Below, one piece after another: positions 39,055 through 51,856 of a DNA stretch of 64,000 nt (positions within the stretch are counted from its first letter, which is position 1; each line of letters begins with the position of its first letter). A program made the position numbers and the translations under genes. Origin of the DNA: Eledone cirrhosa (Eukaryota); the NCBI GenBank assembly GCA_964016885.1, contig OZ024740.1, forward strand, positions 149,358,001 through 149,422,000, in the 5' to 3' direction. Under the pieces are notes generated by a model, which was given only the letters and a program-made list of their open reading frames with translations, did no database searches and was not told the DNA's origin.

Positions 39055-41816
39055 AGATTCAGACGAAACCAAACATCAGTCTATAGAGATATGAAGGGCA
39101 AAATAATAAGTGTCACTGAGGCCCCATCCCAGAAAGACATAGATTCTTTTGGAGAAAAATATGGGGTGAAAAGAAGAATTTCAACCAAGATGCAGTGTGG
39201 CTAAGAGAAATCCGAAAGAACAATTGCTCCTACACTACAACAAAAACATACGAAATAAGTGAGGGTACCCTTGAGACTGTGATAGGAAAACTCCAAGATA
39301 AGAAAACACCAGGAAGAGACATGATTGTCGGCTACTGGTACAAAAAACTAATATTCTATCGGAGGTATCTTACTGACCTCTACCAACAAGTTCTTAAGGG
39401 AGATACACTTATACCAGAATGGTTGACATTAGCACAAACGTTATTGGTCCCCAAGAACAAAGACACCCACCTGGAAAAAAACTACCGACCCGTTGCATGC
39501 CAGAACCTGATGTATAAGATGTATACAGCCTGCCTGAACCTATTCCTCCAAGATCACTGCGAAAATAATAACATCATCATTAGATGAACAAGCAGCTGGA
39601 AAGAAAAGGGTTTGGGGATGTGCTGAACAACTCCTAATCAACAAAACTGCGATGTCGGAGGTGCGACAACTTAGTAGGAATATGACTACAGTCTGGCTGG
39701 ACTACAAGAAAGCTTTCGATTCTGTTCCCCACTCTTGGATGATATAGGCCCTCAAACTTGCTAAAGTCCAAGACATTATTGTCAGAGCCATAGAGAGGCT
39801 GTCTTCTTCTTGGGCTACTATCCTAAGGTTAAAGACAGAGAGGGAGGACTCTATTTTCACTGATAAAATAAAATATTGCAGGGGTATATTTCAGGGAGAC
39901 AGTCTCTCTGTGATATTGTTCATCTTGTCATTAAACACCTTGTCCTTTCTGCTCAAGAAATGTGAGGGATACATCATTGGCTCACAGGAGGACAGAAATA
40001 CGAACCTAACCCATAACTTCTTTGTGGACGATCTGAAACTCTATGCCAAGAACATGGATGGGATGAAGAAAAATCTTGACCTGGTTACAACGTTCTCAAA
40101 GGATATAGGAATGGAGTTTGGCCAAGATAAATGCTCATACATGACTGTAAAGCGGGGAAAAACAACAACCCAATCTAGCAACATTGTCATCAATGGTCTA
40201 ACTGTTTCACCGATATCTGATGAGGACTGCTACAGATACCTGGGGATAGATGAGAACATATCCTATAATGGTATCTGTAATAAAGAACGCGTAACCAGGG
40301 AATACTACACCCGATTAAGAAAGATCTGGTCATCGGAACTCTCTGCGCAAAACAAAACAGTAGCTCACAATGTGTTTGCTGTGCCTGTCCTAACACCAAC
40401 GTTTGGAATACTCAATTGGACGATCGACGAAATCCGAGCTGTTGATGTTGGAACTCGAAAAATACTGAACAACACCGGAAACTCCCACATCAACAGTGAC
40501 ATAGACCGCCTTTACTTGAAACGTAAGCAGGGAGGCAGAGGCCTAACATCAGTCCAGACAACATTTGAATGTCGCATCATATCTCTCCGACAACATCTAC
40601 GAACCTCGAAGCGTAGGAGCCCGCTTCTCGAGCAAGTCTATCTGCATGAAACAGATAAGATCATGAGAGTTGGGAAGGAACTCCTTGAAAGATATTCCCT
40701 GTGTGATAATCAAAAACTCACACCCAGAGATGTCGCTTAGCAATATCGCAGTGAATCCATGGATGAAAAACTGCATGCCTATCAGCAAAAAATCATGCAT
40801 GGATATGTTGCCAGGAAGCTCCAGAGTGAGAGTAATATAGATAAGGAAAGTAGTCTATCTTGGACCAACAACCGCTATATTGGCTCCCACTTTGAAGGAT
40901 ACGCTTTTGCAATCCAAGAACAGGAGATTAGCACGAAATACCTGATTCACAAAAGAGATAGGGATGCAGGCAAAACACCTAGATGTGGTAACAAGTGCAG
41001 ACTCTGCAGAACTAACATCGAGGATATCACCCATGTCATCAGCAGCTGCCCAAAGATGTCATCGCGGTACAATCTACCTATGAGGCATGATGTAGTGGCC
41101 AAAACACTGTACAATGCAGTTCGTAAAAAAGATAGCCCCGATAATAAACACATTAAAAGCTACAACAATGTGGAAGACATCCATGTACATAATATGAAAG
41201 AGTACTGGTGGAATGTTCCAGTAAAAACCCCAATAAAATGCAGGCATAACAGACCAGATATTATGATATGGGACAGGGAGAAGAATACATGCACAGTAGT
41301 GGAAATTAGCTGCCCAGCAGATGCCAATATAATATCAAAGATTAATGAAAAGGAGAATATTTATGCAGAACTGATGAGAAATCTGCAGATACTCCACCCT
41401 GATTACACCTTCAGATTTATGCCTGTGATTATTGGGGCACTGGGATATGTTAGTAACTGCCTCAATACAAATCTTGAGAAGCTAGGCTTCACAGGAACAG
41501 AAAGAACACAACTAGTTAGGAAATTACAAGTACAATCCATTAATGGAACAGTAAAAATATGTAAAACATTCCAAAAATTTTGCATCTAATAACTGCATAT
41601 ACTCATGTACAGATACAAAGCATATACACATGCACACATACAACTCATAACATACACATCCACACATACAATAACATCCATATCTACACAAACATGCATA
41701 CATACATATCTACCTAGTTGATGTTGTGTTAATTCCAATGAGAGAGTCTTGTGTCTATGTTAGAAACCGACTCTCTCTCTATTGGTAAAACTTTGTGAAA
41801 TTATAAAACCAGAAGA
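39055..41816 (+). mobile_element. Dong/R4-clade non-LTR retrotransposon (RT + CCHC + restriction-like endonuclease), 5'-truncated, in (TACA)n
   Basis: NYRPVAC, WLDYKKAFDSVPH, GIFQGDSLS, FVDDLKLY, CRLC...HVISSC, RHD and RPDI..E.SCP..K..Y. Frameshifts near 39150 and 39585, and an in-frame TAG at 40738-40740. Both flanks are (CATA)n. Confidence 0.9.
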
Positions 41817-41834
41817 ACATACATACATACATAC

Positions 41835-43420
41835 ATGGTGATGGCTGCCCCCTCGTTATCGAGTATGGCCATTGCACGATATACCATTATTAATAATTAT
41901 CATGCAATGCCTGTGCGTGAAGATATTTTTAAAGTGAGGTAAGACTGTGCACTGAGCCAATCCCACTCTCTGAGCGACAGTAGCTATAACCCAAAAAGAA
42001 GAAAAGATCAACATCATCGGTAACTACTGAGCCGCATGTTTTATATCGGAGTTATCCCAGTTTCCTGAGTTGCCTTCTCCTAGAAGAATGCCCTGACAAG
42101 GGCTAGGGATCCTTCACTCCCAGTGGTTTAACCGCGCGATCGGGTGTCCAGCCCGACTATTTCTATGTCCCCATAGACATGCACCCATGTATATACACAT
42201 ATACATATATACATACATATATATATATGTGTATATACATATGTGTATATATACACATGTGTATATACACATGTGTATATATACATGTGTATATACATAT
42301 TTACACACTTTTGAGTTCTTCCGCCCTTTGTCAGGTTTTGTTTTTTGTCCTGCAGCAGGGTGTCCAAAATCACCCTCCTCAACAAGTAAACTTGGTGGGG
42401 TTGCCGATTTAGTCGCCGACGACCCGACCATGCGACAGGTTGTCGGAGTTATCCCAGTTTTCTGATTTGCCTTCTCCTAGAAGAATGCCCTGACAAAGGC
42501 TAGGGTCCGTCACTCCCAGTAATTTAACCGCGCGATCGAGTATCCAGCCCGATTATTTCTATGCCGCCGTGCATATACATATATACATGTATATACATAT
42601 GTACATGTGTATATACATATTTACACATTTTTGGGATGGCCGTTGACATACATACACACATACATATATACATACACACATACATACATACATACATGGT
42701 GGCTGCCAACTCGTTTTCGAGTACGGCCATGACTTTATATCCATGTAGGAGAACCCCTACCGATACGCTGAACGAGTGTGACTTTTTAGTCCAGCCAGCG
42801 ACTTGAAAACTCTGGTACAAACACTACACCTGTGACAATCATTGACACATAGTGCTGGGCCCATGGCACCATGTGACGACAAGTGCTAAGAGATCTCCAG
42901 ATATAAAGCAATACCTGTGCCGTGAAGCTTTTATAGTGAGGAAGGGCACTGCACAAAGCCAGTCCCACTCTCTTAACCAAGATGATATTTACCAAAAAGA
43001 AGAACAAGCCAACATCATTGGATACCATCAGGGTTGCAGGTGTTATATCAGAGTTTTCCTTCTCCTAGAATTCTGCCTTTACAAAGGCTAAGGGGTCATC
43101 TCTCCCGGTGATTTTGGATGGCCATTGACTCTTAAGAGGTCCTTTGTCCTTTGACAGGTTTTGTTTTTAGTCCTGCAGGATGTCCAAAGTCACCCTCCTC
43201 ACCAAGAAACCTTGGTGGGGTTGCCAGTTTAGTCGCCAACGACCCGACCATGAGACAGGTTGTACTGGGATACATGTTACCAGTAGCACCAACTGGTGAC
43301 CTGACATAGATACATACATACATACATACATACATACATACATACATACATACATACATACATACATACATACATGATGATGGCTGCCCCCTCGTTATCG
43401 AGTATGGCCATTGCATGAGA
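41835..43420 (-). mobile_element. Cluster of non-autonomous RTE-related short elements with (TATG)n tails
   Basis: Recurring modules tgccttctcctagaagaatgccctgacaagggctaggg (42070, 42467, 48340) and ggctgcccctcgttatcgagtatggccattgca (41843, 43382). Confidence 0.65.
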
Positions 43421-43435
43421 AAGAAAAAAAAAAAA

Positions 43436-43474
<39 letters not shown>

Positions 43475-43496
43475 AATAAAAAGAAAAAAAAAAGAA

Positions 43497-43528
<32 letters not shown>

Positions 43529-43745
43529 GCATACACATACACACACACACACACTCACACACATATACACACACATACATTAATAACAATAATAATAATA
43601 ATAATCATAACAACAATAATAATAACGACAACAACAATAATAATAACGACAACAACAATAATAATATACATATACATATATATATATACACACACACGCA
43701 CACACATAAGCATATCTACACGCACACACACACACACGATAGCAA

Positions 43746-46700
43746 CTAACAGCGCTGCGATCGAATGTGGCTTTTTAGCCCAGCCAATGATCTAAAATGT
43801 CTTGCACAGAGTCGGCAACCAAAACATTCACTGGGAATAGTCGGCTGTGGTTGGAGTTCGTGTACTTTTGCATGTCGCTTGAGCCCTCCTGCTGATTTAC
43901 ATTCTCTACCACATGTTTGGCAAGCATGATGAGTAGCATCTCTAACAGCAGCCTGGTAGTCAACCACTGGTCTTACTTTATGACTGCGAAGATGACTTTC
44001 GAGTCCAGCTTTGCTTAGGCAGAGTCTCGCACATACGCTGCATGTCAGCACCATAGGAGGACCCTCGCCGTCTGGAAGTGCAACAGCAATGCCCTTCCTC
44101 ACATCCCGCTTTACTTTCTCGTATGCGATTCGAGATGCCTCAAAGGCAACTTTTCCCTCATATACAGTCTTTGTCCATTTATTACGATCAGCAGCAATAT
44201 TCTCCCATGTATCAGCAGAGATGTTAGCGTCTTTCAGAGAGGCTTTCAAGGAATCCTTATACTTCTTTTTTGGTTTATGTGGTGGTCGTTTTCCTTTAAC
44301 CAACTCTCCATAAAAGAGTTGTTTTGGTATTCTAGAATCCTTCATCCTGGCAAGGTGACCGCTCAAACGGAGTCGTTGCTTAAGCACAGGAGCTTCTATA
44401 CTGTCACACATAGAGCTTTCCAAAATCTCGACATCACTGATGTGGTCCCTCCAGTGAACGCCATGGATCCGTCTGAGACACATCTGATGGAAACGCTCCA
44501 ATTGCTTAAGGTGGTGTCGATATGTGACCCAGGTCTCGCAGGCATAAAGAAGACAAGAGAGCACACATGCCCTGTACACCTTTACCTTTGTCCTCCTGCA
44601 TATATCTCGCCGATCCCAGAGTCGCCTTTCTAGCTTTCCGAAAGCATCACTTGCTTTCCTAATCCTAAGTGAGATTTCACTGTCAAGGTTGCTGTATCGA
44701 TTGACAGTGCTTCCCAGGTAGACAAACTGATCAACCACTCCAAGTCGTTTGCCATACACATAGATGTTTGGTTCAGTGTACTGCTTACCAGGGGCAGGTT
44801 GGTACATGACGACGGTTTTCTTGAGACTGACAGTCAGACCTAGGGTAGTGCAAGCGTCAGAAAATGTATTCAAAATGTGCTGCATATCACTCTCTGTGTG
44901 CGCTACAAGATCGCAATCATCTGTATACAAGAGGTCTCTTATGATTGATGTAAATACTTTTGTCTTCGCAGCAAAGCGCCTGATGTTAAATATGCTGCCT
45001 GAGGTTCGATATCGGATGTAAATATGCTGCCTGAGGTTCGATATCGGATGCAAAGTATATGGCAAACAGGGTCGGTGCTGGAATATCCCCCTGTTTCACT
45101 CCATTTTTTACTGAGATAGGCTCCGACATGTTACCCCCGACATTAACCCAAGCCTTCATGTCGTCATGGAAAGACCTAACTAAAGCAAGGAACTTATCAG
45201 GGCAACCAAGTTTCTGGAGAACCTTCCACAATGCATCTCTGTTAACAGTATCGAAAGCTTTTGTCAGATCGACAAAAACCTGATACAGATCCAAGCCTTG
45301 TTCCATGCACTTCTCCTGGAGCTGTCTAGCTGAGAAGATCATATCAGTAGTGCCGCGTCCAGCACGAAAACCAGATTGACTTTCAGGAAGAACACAATCT
45401 GCAATGTGTGTCAGCAGACGGTCCAGAAGCACCCTACATAAAACTTTCCCTACGACAGAAAGCAATGATATACCTCTGTAGTTCCCACAGTCGTTCCTGT
45501 TACCATTTCCCTTGTACAAGACCACCATTACTGCATCTCTCCAGTCCTCAGGTAGGGATTCATTAGCCCATATCCTGCCAAACAAAGAGTGAAGATGTTG
45601 CAGGAGTCTCTCACCACCATATTTTAGGAGCTCAGCATGTATGCCATCCATACCTGGAGATCTTCCACTGTTCAGCTTCGAAATAGCCACTGCAACCTCC
45701 ACAAGCGTCGGAGGTTCTGCGAGAGCTACTTTCACAGGACTTTCTGGAATGAGATTGAGGAAATCTTCACTGACGACAGACGGCTGATTCAAAAGATCAT
45801 CAAAGTGCTCTCGCCACCTTCGTGGAATTCCTTGTGAGTCACGAAGAAGTTCTTTGCCATCCTTGCTGCGAAGCGGTGCCACCAGAGAAGAAGACGGTCC
45901 ATAAACCTCACGTAAGAGACTGTAGAAAGGTTTGTGTTATTGGAATCAGACGCAGTTTGTATCTCACCAGCCTTCTCACTCCACCACTGATCCTTCATCT
46001 GAGAAAGACTCCGCCTAACACGGGATTTTACATCCCTGAGTTCCTCATGCAACGTATTCCTCTGCTGTGGTTTTGCCGTCAAGTAGCGTGACAGAGCACG
46101 CCTCTTATCAGCCAACAAGTCTTCTATATGTACATCATTCTCATCAAACCAGTCCTGATGTTTCCTCTGCGCCAATCCCAGAACACGCCTGCCTACATCA
46201 TAAACCGACTTTTTAAGGGTCGGCCAATCCTCACCAAGATCTGCAGCCTGCATCTCTTCTTCCAATGTCCTCTTCACATTTTTATCCTTAAGACGAGCAG
46301 CATTCAATCTTTTGGGCAGGGCAATACCAGGAGCCCGGATTTTACGTTTAGTGATTAGTTTCACTTTTGCGCGTACCAGGCGGTGGTCCGTCCAGCACTC
46401 AGCTCCACGAAGAACACGAACACACTGCACATCCTCTCTGTCACGCATCCTGACTAGGACGTAGTCCAAAAGATGCCATTCCTTAGATGCAGGATGCATC
46501 CATGTGGTCTTGAATTTGTTCTTTTGTTGGAACATGGTGTTGGTAACACACAGATCCAGCTCCTCACACATCTGCAGCAGGAGCATACCATTGCTGTTAC
46601 ACTTTCCCACCCCATGCCTTCCGATTACATTCCATGTTTTAAAATCCCTACCCACTCTAGCATTAAAGTCACCAAGCACGATGACTTTGTCTGCCTGAGG

Positions 46701-47276
46701 GATATTTCTTAAAACACCTTTCAAGGCATTGTAAAAGGACACCTTTTCCTCATCGACAGAACTCATAGTTGGAGCATACACACTCACTAGGGTAGCATAT
46801 CTTCCCTTGTCCAGCGGAACTCTCATGGACATAAGACGCTCACTAATCCCTACTGGGAATTCTTCTAATTTGTTCACAAGCACAGTCTTAACAGCAAATC
46901 CTACCCCAGCCTCTCTTCTGGTTCCTTCATCTCTTCCTTTCCAGAAGAATGTATATTCTCCACAAAATTCCGTAAGATGACCATCTCCAGCTAGCCTCGT
47001 CTCAGATAAAGCCACGATGTCAAGATCGTAACGTCGAAGCTCCTTTGCAACAAGAGCGGTCCTTCGTTCAGGACGCCCCAAGGAATCCCTGTCAAGCAGC
47101 GTCCGTACGTTCCAGAAGCCAAGACTAAATGCCTTGTTTGGCTCTATTACAATGGCACGATGACGAGCGGGCCCAGGCTGTGATAACCTGGGGCCCCTGC
47201 CCTTATTGCCAATGATCTTTTTTGTTCCAGAACCTAAATTGCCAATTATCTCTTTTATATTGTTCTGGAACATCAT
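43746..47276 (-). mobile_element. Near full-length RTE-clade LINE (APE endonuclease + RT + 3 C2H2 zinc fingers), disabled
   Basis: GFWNVRTL, LSETRL, GDFNARVG, LDYVL and TDH (endonuclease); NYRGISLLS, FVDLTKAFDTV, GVKQG and LLYTDD (RT). Frameshift near 45935 and a 32-bp tandem duplication at 44987-45050. Confidence 0.93.
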
Positions 47277-47316
47277 TGAATTGAAAAAAAAAAAAAAAGA
47301 AAAAAAAGTAATAATA

Positions 47317-47385
<69 letters not shown>

Positions 47386-47387
<2 letters not shown>

Positions 47388-48120
47388 GGAATGCTAATGG
47401 CTGCGCAGGAGCAGGCCCTCAAAACGAAGTGGTTGAAGCACCATATTTACAAGGAGGAGGCTAGCCCACTGTGCAGGATCTGTGGAGAGAGAGGAGACTG
47501 TGGCTCACATTGTGTCCGAGTGTAAACACCTAGCCCAGACCCACTATAAGGGCTGGAGACACGATGTGATGGGCAGGGTGATCCACTGGCACCTGTGCAA
47601 AGTAAACAATTTACCACATTCTGAGAAATGGTATGAGCATAGGCCAGAGGCGGTGATGGAGAACAATCAGGTGAAGGTGCTGTGGGATTTTAGGATACAG
47701 ACGGACAAAAAACTGGAACACAATAGACCTGACCTGGTGGTTGTGGACAAAGAAAAAAGATCGTGTCTGATTGTGGATGTGGCCTGCCCTTTCGACACGA
47801 GAGTGCAAGAGAAGGAGAGGGAGAAAATTAACCGATACCAGGACCTAAAGTGGGAGGTGAAAAGGATTTGGAACTGCCATGAAGTCGAAGTGATCCCGAT
47901 TGTCATAGGCGCACTGGGGACTATCTCCAAAAGTTTCCAGGGATGGTTAAAGAAAATCGGCCCCTTCACGCTTTTTGGAACGCTTCAAAAGGCATGCTTG
48001 CTGGGAACAGCAAGAACCCTCCGATACGTCCTGAATATCTGAGGCTGCAGGTAGTGGCTTGATATTCATTCCAACGGACTTTCCAGTTAACCAACATCAA
48101 TGACTGAGATTCAAGGAATA
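47386..48120 (+). mobile_element. 3' fragment of a second Dong/R4 element inserted in (TAA)n
   Basis: AAQEQAL, CRICGEREETVAHIVSEC, RHD, RPDLVV..DVACP..K..RYQDL and LLGTAR. (AAT)n on both sides. Confidence 0.9.
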
Positions 48121-48164
48121 ACAACAATAATAATAATAATAGTACACTATTAATAATTATTAAT

Positions 48165-48445
48165 GCACTCGTGCAATGCCTGTGCGTGACGAATATTTTT
48201 AAAGTGAGGAAAGACTGTGCACTGAGCCAATCCCATTCTCTGAGCGACAGTAGCTATAACCCGAAAAGAAGAAAAGATCAACATCATCGGTAACTACTGA
48301 GCCGCAGGTTTTATGTCGGAGTTAAACCAGTTTCCTGAGATGCCTTCTCCTAGAAGAATGCCCTGACAAGGGCTAGGGGTTCTTCACTCCCAGTGGTTTA
48401 ACTGCGCGATCGGGCATCCAGCCCGATTATTTCTATGTCCCCGCG
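48165..48445 (-). mobile_element. Non-autonomous RTE-related short element
   Basis: Near copy of about 41895-42175. Confidence 0.7.
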
Positions 48446-48711
48446 CAAAAAAAAAAAAAAAAAAATCACTTATTGACACTTATACGTACGACACACACAC
48501 GCATTCATATGCGCGCACACAGCAATACTCATACATACAAACAAACACACACACACACGCTACTCTACTCACTTACACATATATATATATATATATATAT
48601 ATTACCGTCATTACTGATACAAGATTACAAGATTATGTTAACTGTTGACTTTCAAGAGTTTGTATAGTTGAAGCCGATCGTACTACAGTCCAGTATTATT
48701 ATAATTGCTTT

Positions 48712-48855
48712 ACAGCATAGAGTCACGTCCCTCCACGCTCTGAGCTCAAATCTCGCCGAGGTCAACCTTGCCTTTCATCCCCACGGAGTCAACAAAAGAG
48801 AGTACCAGTGATGCGCTGGGCCAGTCGCTGGATCCGTGCCAAAAGCAGAAAAATT
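48712..48855 (+). mobile_element. Diverged SINE copy
   Basis: Core gcctttcatcc...gtaccag. Confidence 0.7.
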
Positions 48856-49043
48856 ATTATTAAAGTTGTTTTCTTAAGGCCCGGTCGCTGGTGATGGTGA
48901 TGGCGGCGGCGGTAGTGGTGGTGGTGGCAGTTGATGTTGTTGTTGTGCTGTGTGCGTGTGTGTTTTGTTATTTTGAGTTTTTTCTTTTTTTTTTCTTCCT
49001 TTTTTTTCCCTTCCCTTTCTTTTTTTTATCATACATACATACA

Positions 49044-49074
<31 letters not shown>

Positions 49075-49079
49075 TTATA

Positions 49080-49550
49080 TACAAAGTACGACCACTTCTT
49101 AGAACAAAAAAAACAGACATTGGCAAAGATGTGTTATTGATGTTGCTGCCATTAATGATGGTCTGGATGCTTGGCAAACAGGCCCAATGAAGAACATCAG
49201 TGTCTTGTGTGTGAGATCTTGAAGATGGAGCACAGACATTGTTGGTGGAAACGTTTAAGGTGCTGTATATGCCCACAGTATGTTCTCCATGTCTCACATC
49301 CATACAGCAAGGTTGTAAGCATACATGCTTGATACACTTCAATTTTCGGGCGTATACTGATGTCTGACTATGAACACAGGCGCTTCACCAGCTTCCCAAA
49401 GACATCAGAATCTTTAGACAACGGGTAGTTTACCTTTTCGTAAAGGATACTGGTTCTGGAGAGAGTACTACCCACGTAGACGAACTTATACACAACCTTC
49501 AATATTTTCTACTTTACAGATATAGATGATGGAATATATGGCTTATTAGA
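49080..49550 (-). mobile_element. Degenerate RTE RT 3' fragment
   Basis: LLYGCETWRTY..HIQHLKRFHQQCL and FVYVGSTLS motifs on the minus strand. Confidence 0.7.
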
Positions 49551-49573
49551 CGTACTTACTAACATGCACACAC

Positions 49574-49623
49574 ACATCTACAGGACTAGAACTGTTTCAT
49601 TCGTATGAAATCATCAGGAATGT
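49574..49623 (-). ncRNA. Type I hammerhead ribozyme
   Basis: acauuc-CUGAUGA-uUUC(auac)GAAu-GAAA-CAG(uucuaguc)CUG-U-A/gaugu. An inverted partner with a mutated core (GUGAUGA) lies at 49670-49720. Confidence 0.7.
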
Positions 49624-50302
49624 AGTATAAATAGCGCGGTTGGTTGATGGATAATATGTAGATTTCCGGACATTCGTGATGATTTCATACGAATGAAACA
49701 GTTCTAGTCCTTTAAAAGTCATTTCTATATATACAGTAGTATTAGAGTGTTTTCAAACGCCTACTGATTCAGCGTGATCAGGACTGATTGATCTCGGGTT
49801 CACCAATAAAAGAAGAAAAAATTTATGTTTTCTCGCAGAATATGGGGTATGCTATCTCTGAAAGACGTTTAATGAAAATTTAAGCACCTAACCATAAATT
49901 CAAACCGTACTGTTGTTTATTTAATCAAAGTGCATAATTCTTCTTACGCCAGTTTGCCTAACTCACGACTAGTGACTGATCCAAACACATTAATCCTCCT
50001 CAAGGAGAAACGAATTTATCGGTAATTTCGAAAGTTTCCGTTTACGGTGATGATTGCAATGGTGAGTCACAATTCATCATAATTTGTTGACTCTGAACGG
50101 CGAGCGATATCTGATAACAACTTATTGAATACTACATAACATAAACATACATTTTCGTTTTCTTGAAATCAACTTATAAAATACTTACTCTTGTGATTTA
50201 GTTCGTTAGAAAAGTGGTGTCAATATTGTCTGTGTCGGTCTTCAATTAGATCGGTGTACAGAGTAGACCTATGTCGTTTAGATTATCATAAGAAATATAA
50301 TT

Positions 50303-50462
50303 GACGCCATGCTTTGCAGCAAAGAGTTACGGCCCTTTATGGTCAGAGTTCAAATCCGGCCAAGGTTAACTTTGCCTTTCATCCTTACGGCGTCGATAAA
50401 ATAAAGTACCAGTAATGTACTGGGTAATTGCTGGCCTTGTGCCAAAAGTAGAAACAATTATT
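50303..50462 (+). mobile_element. tRNA-derived SINE copy
   Basis: Family consensus. Confidence 0.85.
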
Positions 50463-51405
50463 ATAAGGAATATAAATATTTTAAGTCAATTATTGTAATT
50501 GTAGTTACAGAAGGAACATAGAGATTGAGGTTAATCTAGAGGAGTTAATCTCTGTGTAGAGAATTGACAATTATCTGTGATTTTAGGATGATTAATCATA
50601 TCGAGAAATATCGACGTTAGATGCATCAGTTTACATACATGTGTATGATATGCGTTTGAGTGAGTGTCAGAAAGTGACCGTGGGGGAGTTGCAGTGAATC
50701 AATATTGCGAATTTATTTCTTCGAAATAGCTTTACGTTCGTTATATTTTAGTTAAAAGCATGAATGTCACAAATTAACATTTCTCCGCTATTTTGTATAA
50801 ACATAATGGACGAATTGATTGAACCGTTAGAACGTCACATAGAAACTTATGAATATTTGTTCTGGCGTTTCGAGTTCAAATCCCACCAAGGTTAACTTTG
50901 ATTTGCATATTTTCTGGAGAGACAGAAAATTGCTTTTAATATATATTTTTTTTTTTAGCAAGTTATCGGGATATTAATGACATATATTTGAATTATTCTA
51001 AGTCTACACATTTAAACACATAGTATAATAAGTCCTTTTAGATAAAGGTGGCTATAAGTGTAGCAAGAAATTCATTTGAATTTTACTTTTGATATTGTTT
51101 TATTTTTATTTAATTAATATTGATTCAAATATTTTGGGGGCTTACGTGAAAGACTGGAAGTAGGTACACGTCAAAGATAATCCTATTTGTTTTAACCTTT
51201 TCATTAATCATCTAAATCTTTACGTTTTTATTGATCATATTGCAGTTTCAATTTCAGTGGTCTTATTTGTGCCAGTCTCCAATCTGGTACTTTCTCAAAC
51301 CCACGAAGACTAGCCTTTTTTAGAGGCGGCCTTTACTCAACTCGTCGTAGCTACGTCACTGGGTTGTGAGAGTTTTCTTGGAAGCCACAAAGTCATTTTA
51401 AACTA

Positions 51406-51856
51406 CAGTGATACCTCGCAATACAAGTTCAATTCATTCCATAACCGAACTCGTTTTACGATTTACTCGTTCTACGATTTACTCGTTTTACAAATCACTT
51501 TTCCCTATTGAAATTAATTAAAATATAAATAATTCGTTCCAGCACCACCACCCCCAACCACCAAAAAATCATTTTTATGGGTTTTAAAACAGAAACGGTG
51601 CTGTTATAAAATAATAGCACGAAACGCTCAAAACTAATTTTTAAAAGCAGTGGGAAAACACAATAGGAATGTTGCCACAACAAGATAAGTACATGAACTG
51701 AGCGAGCGGAGGCTGATTTTGTTGGGAGAGCGTGTGCAAGCTGAGCACCGACTAGCGGTCGCTTCTACTTGTACTACAAGACAAAAATTTGCATGAGCCT
51801 CGTCTTGTACCGCATATACTCGTACAATGGGGCACTCGTACTGCGAGGTTCTACTG
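51406..51856. mobile_element. Tigger/pogo-like MITE
   Basis: TA|CAGTGATACCTCGCAATACAAG ... CTCGTACTGCGAGGTTCTACTG|TA terminal inverted repeats with a TA target-site duplication. Confidence 0.75.

Noticed and set aside
40738-40740. Programmed readthrough of TAG (TAG CAA T) in the Dong/R4 ORF
   Set aside because: The same copy has frameshifts and is truncated, so a simple nonsense mutation is more parsimonious.
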